In this document: positions 55,651 to 64,000 of the stretch, in pieces | Layout of the letters: each line of letters opens with the position of its first letter | Numbering within the stretch: position 1 is the first letter of the stretch | NCBI GenBank assembly: GCA_026023565.1 | Contig: JAPETS010000028.1 | Span: forward strand, 62,001 to 126,000 | DNA from: Cirrosporium novae-zelandiae | Taxonomy: Eukaryota | Direction: 5' to 3' | Length of the DNA stretch: 64,000 bases | Made by a program: the position numbers and the translations under genes | The notes under the pieces: model-generated | What the model was told of the DNA's origin: nothing | Databases searched by the model: none | What the model saw: only the letters and a program-made list of their open reading frames with translations

Positions 55651-57285
55651 TCATTGTTCTTCTTCAAGCAATCGATTCTCCTCATCTTTTACTACTGGAA
55701 TTTCAGTGGCCTGTTTCCTTACGGCCACATATATCACACTGGTCAAGACGACCGAACCCCCAAGCATACTCATGGTATCGGGCCAACTACCCCAGATGAC
55801 ACGATCTAGTAGCAACGCAAATACCTCTTGCATATAAATCATATTCGTCGCCCGACTACTCTTATCATAGAGCAACCCTGCAGTCAACAGATATTGCAAC
55901 AAAAACCCGCACACGCCGATCGAAGTCAGCAGAAACCATTCCCGCCCGTCGTACGGTAGCTGGAAACCGATGCTTGGAATGGAGACGAGGGAAAAGCATG
56001 AAATAACTGTTGTGACCATGGAGAAGTAGTTGACCGAGATGAGGGGATGGGCCCGGGAACCAATCAATCGAATGATCGTGTAGGCAGCTGTAGCTCCGAA
56101 AACACTAACTAATGCCAAAAAAGTTGCTAATACGCGTTGAGACGGTGTTACTGGGGGAGGTTCATTGATGTCGAACAAAAAAACGTTGGTGGGGGATTCT
56201 GGTTTCAAGAATGAAATAGGGTGGGCGATGATGATAACACCCATAAAGGAGATGATGGCTGCAAGCTGTTCCGCACGTGGGAATGGCATATAAAGGACCA
56301 AGGCGCAGGCGAAAGATGTAAGAATAGGTACCAAGAAGGTAATTATTGTTGCTTCAGCTACAGCTAGGTAGCGTAATGAGTCTATTTCATCCCATTTATC
56401 AGTCTTTTAAATCAATCATCTCAGAAAGGCCAAGAGGGATAGAATGTAAAGGAATTTAGGCAATGTTATCATCTACGCGGCATGAATAGAATAATCAAAC
56501 AAAATAGAGAACGACATACAATAAAATCCATAAATGCCAATAAAGCCAGCAGTACCGCGAAACACGAGCAAGCCCCGGACGCCTTGCGCTCCCAGTAGAA
56601 AGTTAGGGACGTTTCGGTACCACAAGTAGGCGGTGCTAAACAGACATGTGACGCTCATTCGTGCGAAAAGTATCTAAAAACATTGCGTTAACATAACGGC
56701 ATCTATAAACCTTGGTTTTTCAATGCTGGAGTAGTATATCAAAGAACAAAATGGAACGGTTAAATAGAGATTTCTAAATTTTTAGGATCAAAAGCATCTC
56801 TCCTCCGTTTCCACTCTACTATCATTCATCCACCTCCGAATCTAAAAATAATTATAAAAAGAAAATACCTGAAAAGTATGCATTCCCTCCCTCTTCGTAC
56901 CGTCTCGGGAAGGTGAAGGTGCTGTCTGCAACAACCTTGCTGTGGTATTCATCAACGCGCTGAATAGTTCCGCGAGTAGAACCAATACGACGCCTTTGTT
57001 TTCTATCCACCATGCTGAGAGTTGAGGTGGTGGAGGAGGCGAGAGCGACGAGGGACGGGGATTAGAAACGAGGAGTGGTGTGGTTTCATTTGCTTTCGGG
57101 CATGGTGTAGATTGGAAGTGCGGTGATTGTTGCTGTTGGGAAGAAGCGACGGGGACTATTTCTTCTCCTATGTTTTGCTCTCCATAGTTGTAATGTTGGT
57201 TCTCATTTCTCTCTTCCTGAATCTCTTCAATATCTGACTTGATTTTCCTCAATAGAAGAAGGGCTGTTAATCTTTTAATCATCAT
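55651..57285 (-). CDS. EamA / drug-metabolite transporter (DMT) family membrane protein; exons 57285-56869, 56673-56520, 56381-55651
   Basis: GT-AG introns join in frame: ...MHTFQ|ILFARMSVT...GIYGFY|YSLRYLAVAEATIITFLVP.... Contains typical GLLVFRGTAGF, AYTIIRLIG and LLTAGL motifs and about 10 hydrophobic segments. Start codon uncertain. Confidence 0.88.
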
Positions 57286-57847
57286 ATCTCCGATATTTCA
57301 ACGTTTGTTGGTTTTTTCGTCCTTTCTTTCCCCTTCTTTTTTTCTGCCTGTTTAAAGAATGATTCTCACAGAGCTTTTCGTAGTCTACTACGGTACAGTA
57401 CTTGATTAGATAAATAATTAATAGTCTAATTTATGAAAATTTGATGCCTTAATTCGAATACCTTTTTAACTCTAAATTTAGCTCAGCATTCATTGCCCCG
57501 TGAATTGCTTGGCGTGCTTGGCAACCATCCCCTAACATTTCACCTTAGGCCGAGGGCAATCACGGTTAACTAGATACATCTTTCAATCCTTAAGTTCCTT
57601 CCTGTGTTGACAGGCCTCACACATATTTATTGAAATATACGGACGTTTGGGATGCTGGAATGTCGATAAAGCACTAAACTAAAAAAATCCAGGAAGTAAT
57701 TGTAATTTTTCAAAATTCGTGTATGCAATGTTTTGATCATGTATAATTAGTTGGATTAGATGAATAATTTTTATCTTGTTTCCTTATATATCATTTCACT
57801 TTACCAATTCCCCAAACCCCTCCAATAACCATATGCTCCGAACTCGT

Positions 57848-59529
57848 TTATTCTCTCGTTGGCTTGGAACTAACAGTAATTTCTTCTCCCTTTCCTCCAA
57901 CCGGTATACCCTCTATCACCAATTTCGCTTTTCCAGCCTTTAGTTGCTCCAAGTCAGGTACATCAGAGTGCTTCACACCATCGAACTTGGAATCGATTTC
58001 TTCAAGTGTCAGACCTCGTGTCTCTACGTAGTAGAATGCCACAAAAAGGACCATAAGGATATCGAAGCAGGAATTGATAATATATGTCTTCCATGTAATC
58101 GCATCTAATGCATATGGGAATACGAACGTGACAAACAGACCACAAAGTTTGGTTCCCATAGTGTAGGCACTCATTCCAGTAGCTCTAATATCGTATGAAA
58201 GTACTTCGGCAGGAATCAAGACCGTGGGCGGTGTAATACCCCAGCTATAGGTTCCAACGTAAAGAAACATCATTCCAATAGTAGCATAGATGCCAGATTT
58301 GTTAGAACTGCCGTTTCCATAGACTGCGTCCAGACCTGCGAAGAGGAACAAGGCTACAATACCTCCGATAAGGCCAGATACGACCATGGTCTTGCGGCGA
58401 AATTTATCGGTGTAATAGGAGGCGAGCATGGCGATAATTAAACCCCAAGCTGTCATGATACAATTAATCTCAAGTTGCGTCCTTGAGTCTGTTATCCCAG
58501 CCTGGGTCATCATGGTCCCAAAATAGTAGGTTATGATGTTAGTGCCTGGCAACATGACAATGGCTGCAAACGATATCGCAATAATTAGTCGCTTTCGGTT
58601 TCCTGGTTTTACCCATGCCTCTTTCATAGTGAGCTGTCGCCCACCCCCTGATTTCTCAAAAGCTATTGTATCGGCAATTTCATGATACTGCAGCAGCACG
58701 GCAGGATCAGACTTGTCTCCACCAGCATTGACAATAGCAAGAACTTCAAGAGCATGATCATGTTGATCACGCTTGATAAGCTCACGAGGAGAGTGCGGGA
58801 GAAATAGTAGGATGACCATGCAGAAAATGGGAGCCGCAGCCTGGAAGACACTGGGAGCTCGCCAAGCCCATGTAGAAACATAATCTTGAGTCTAAAAGCA
58901 TCGAAAGTCAGCTAAAATTTATTCTTCTTGAAATAGTATGACTGACTCCGTAGCAGATTCCTGATGCAATCAGTGTGCCCACTCCCCAGCAGGTGTAGTA
59001 AAGGCCCATGGCAAAGGCTCGGAACTTGGGTGGTGAGGTTTCCACAACATATATTGGAGTTGCCGTGGCTGCAACAGCAGATCCTCCACCAATTACAATA
59101 CGGCCGATAATGAACATGGCAATATTGACCGAAGCGGTTTGCAGGATAACTCCGAGGAGGGTGATGATGCACGACCACAAGATCGTCTCCCGCCGACCTC
59201 GCCAGTCAGTGATAAAACCCGATAATGGTGCCATGATGCAACCTCCCAGATAAGAAGCTGCTGTCAACAGAGATGTTGTAGATGTCGTTAAGGTAAAGTA
59301 ATTGGTATATGCCTTCATGGTATTCAGACTCCCCATGATGGATCCATCGTATCCAAGTAGCTAGCCTTTAGTTAACGATTATTGGGTATGAAAGAGAATG
59401 AAATCAATCTTAATGTATACTCACAACGGAGTCCACAAAGGAGGTCATGATAATAAGGGTGACCAGCACAGATTGTGATCTAGGCACCCATTTCGAGACA
59501 TGTTCCCGAGGGAAATTTTGGGCTGTCAT
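57848..59529 (-). CDS. MFS sugar-porter family transporter (lactose permease / cellodextrin transporter-like); exons 59529-59425, 59360-58947, 58891-57848
   Basis: Spliced product has GYDGSIMGSLN, DWRGRR, GRIVIGGG, ETSPPKFRA, WAWRAPS and ETRGLTLEEI. An in-frame upstream ATG at 59613 is an alternative start. Confidence 0.9.
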
Positions 59530-60493
59530 TATGTTCAAGCTGTAGAGCCAAGTGACAAGAATAGTATGGCGATTTGCAACTGAAAGTGCTCGAGGGAGAT
59601 CATGGCTTCTCATATACTAATCTTGGACCCCATTGTTGATTCTTAGCTAGCGATAGCAATTATGGTCAATGCTCGATATGGCAGTGATGTGTAGCTAAAA
59701 GTTATCAATAGGCGATTTATTTGGGCGTCTGAAAATACATCCATGTTTGCGTCGGACAATGATTATCTTATGCGATAAGAAATGGCAACAGATGTTGTCG
59801 ACTATCTATTCGCTCACGTTGCCAGGTATTTGGCACAGTGCTAGAGCAAATAGTAGAGATTCCATACATCATCAGAATACCTTTTAGCAGATTTTAGTCG
59901 CTCTCAATTACTTATCAAACTTTGGCGGAGACCCATTCTTAATCGAGGCAAAGGAAAGACAGTTAGCGGAGAACAGCGAAGATCCGTGGAGATGAGCTAT
60001 CGGGGGCGGCGGGCTATTTACCGTCTGCTACACAAGTCATTGTCGGGCTATTTACTGCATATTATGTTATCAGTCATTTGGTAATTTAACAATCTCCAGG
60101 AAGAACGAGAAACTAGCTGATCTTTCCCATGGCTAAATGATGGGCTTCACGCCTATGTATTAGGAGGCGAGATGGAGACTCTTGGGTATAATTACTGTGT
60201 GATAAATAGCAAAGGGCCTGATAATTAAAATGACGAATATATATCTCAAGATTTTAAGGATGTATATCCAAAAATTAGACGAGCCATGGTGGAGAAGAAG
60301 TTCCTATACTTAATAATTATTAAGTATAGGTAGTCAATATTTTCTTCCGAAGAATTAAGTTCTGCTTAGTTCAAATTTATCATATTCCCTTGCAACGGAG
60401 CTAGCTGCTAAGTCTGGGTTTATTGTATCACGACCACCTGAACAAAACTAATTAAGCAATCAACACTGAATAGCCCTATAAGTTTCATTCTCA

Positions 60494-62283
<1,790 letters not shown>

Positions 62284-62834
62284 TTATGAGACAGAGTCTT
62301 CATTTTTGCCCGCTTTGATTGTTTTGTGAAAAGATGTTCACTCTTTGCTATAGTGTAACCTACCTTAGTTAGGCAAGTAGGTAGATAGGTAATTACCAAG
62401 GTACCTTGGTAATCAAGGCAGTAAATATCATGGCCTTAGGCAGAAGTGTGTAACATCAGATAAGACTGAAAACTTTTACTTTACTGTAATTAAGTACAAA
62501 ACTACTTTAACGTGCCGTGCCGTGCCGTCCGTGCGTGTATTGCGTGTATAACCTTTTCTACGTTTGCCGAGTCCCGCCAATTACATCAGCCAAGCTTAGC
62601 AAATCCCTCTCTTCCACTTTTGCTGACAAAGTAATGATTACTTTCGTACCAGTCATTATTGTACAGTACATCATCTCCATCTCCATAATTCCGATATCCA
62701 CATTTATCTAATATTGCTCAGTATATATGTCCTTCTCACTCTATCTTTACTTTTGTTCTCTTTTACTTGTCCATATTTAAACCGCATGGGACAGCAATAA
62801 TCCCGCCTATTCAATTAGCCTCAACCCCACCAAG

Positions 62835-64000
62835 ATGGCAATCGAGGAAGCCCCACTCCGACGACATCCGCGATATACCGGGGAGGACACAAGACTGACA
62901 AGCAAAAAAGAGTTGATGGGATGGTATGCGTACAGTCTCGCCGCTGAGATCTTTGCCGTCTGTGGTGTTGGTGAGCCTTGCGCGAATACCCTTTCCCGGT
63001 TGATTACACATCATCTAAGTGCTAAGATCAGGTTCCTTTCTTCCCATCACATTGGAACAGTTGGCTCGCGAGAGGGGAGTTCTATGGTCCGATAAAATTA
63101 CACCTTGTGTACCAGGCGTGAAAGCTGCCCTAGTAAATGGCAATGGCAGTAGCCCCAGCCTTCCGAGGGACGATATATCAAGAGACGGCAACCAATGTGT
63201 AGTATTTTTATTTGGACATGATATCAATAGTGCTAGCTTTGCTATGTATACATTCTCGTTGAGTGTCCTAGTACAGGCGCTTGCTCTTGTATCAATCTGT
63301 TACATTGCAGATCATGGTAAGCTCAATATTGAACTTCAGAAGCACGACACTAATTAGATCATCAGGCAATAACCGCAAGAAACTGCTTCTCGCATTCGGC
63401 TTTACGGGTGCAACAGCGACTATGCTCTTCTTACTTGTCGCTCCAAGTATCTATATTGTCGGATCTTTCCTCGTTATTACAAGCGTCACATGTCTTGGAT
63501 CATCTTTTGTGATCCTGAATTCTTTTCTTCCTTTGCTCGTCTCTAACCACCCCTCTACCCAACTTTCAAAGAACTTCGGCCCACAGGACATATCCGGCAG
63601 CAGCAGTTCTATAGAGGATAGAGCTACAGCCGTGCCAGGGTCTCGAAAAGGCAAACCTCCATCCACTGCGCTGCAGCTTTCCACGCATATTTCTTCAAAG
63701 GGCATGGGTATCGGCTATAGCGCCGCGCTTTCGGTTCAGTGCATCAGCATTTTCGTACTCTATCTCTTCTCCAAATCGTCTACCGCCAAAGCTTTCCCAA
63801 GTCTTCCACTTCGTGTAGTCTTATTTCTAGTGGGGTCGCTATGGTTTACTTTCACCATCCCCGCTAGTCTATGGCTCCGCGACCGACCTGGACCACTGCT
63901 AAGGACCCTCTCATCTACGAAGAGGAAAGGCTCTTGGCGTTCTTGTCTCGCCCATGTTGGCGCTGCCTGGGTCTCGTTATGGAGAACTGTGAAAATAGTT
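62835..64000 (+). CDS. ATG22: Autophagy-related protein 22 (vacuolar amino-acid effluxer, MFS), 5' part; exons 62835-62970, 63032-63316, 63366 to window end
   Basis: [49 protein letters not shown]...[20 protein letters not shown]...[12 protein letters not shown] is the characteristic Atg22 N-terminus. Introns are canonical. Confidence 0.92.

Overview
Filamentous ascomycete genomic DNA in two sharply separated compartments. Positions 1-54983 are an extremely AT-rich, RIP-mutated transposon block. It holds about a dozen full-length, truncated or rearranged copies of one Tad1-like non-LTR retrotransposon (ORF1 zinc knuckles, APE, RT, RNase H, CCHC, (CAT)n tail). It also holds a pogo/Fot1-type DNA transposon with intact TIRs, a Gypsy pol fragment, and a complete chromovirus (253-bp LTRs, ATGAA target duplication, self-priming-type PBS). 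The chromovirus is nested in a LINE and is itself hit by a solo LTR. A tRNA-like head with a 28-bp palindrome lies at ~21 kb. From ~55.0 kb onward is ordinary intron-containing gene space: an EamA/DMT transporter, an atypical sugar-porter MFS transporter, a Cys-type arylsulfatase and the 5' part of ATG22. I see no firm evidence of a new biological system. The best leads are the tRNA-headed element, the 1.6-kb extra region and self-priming PBS of the chromovirus, and the sulfatase plus variant-transporter pair. Boundaries inside RIP-degraded DNA were aligned by eye and are approximate.
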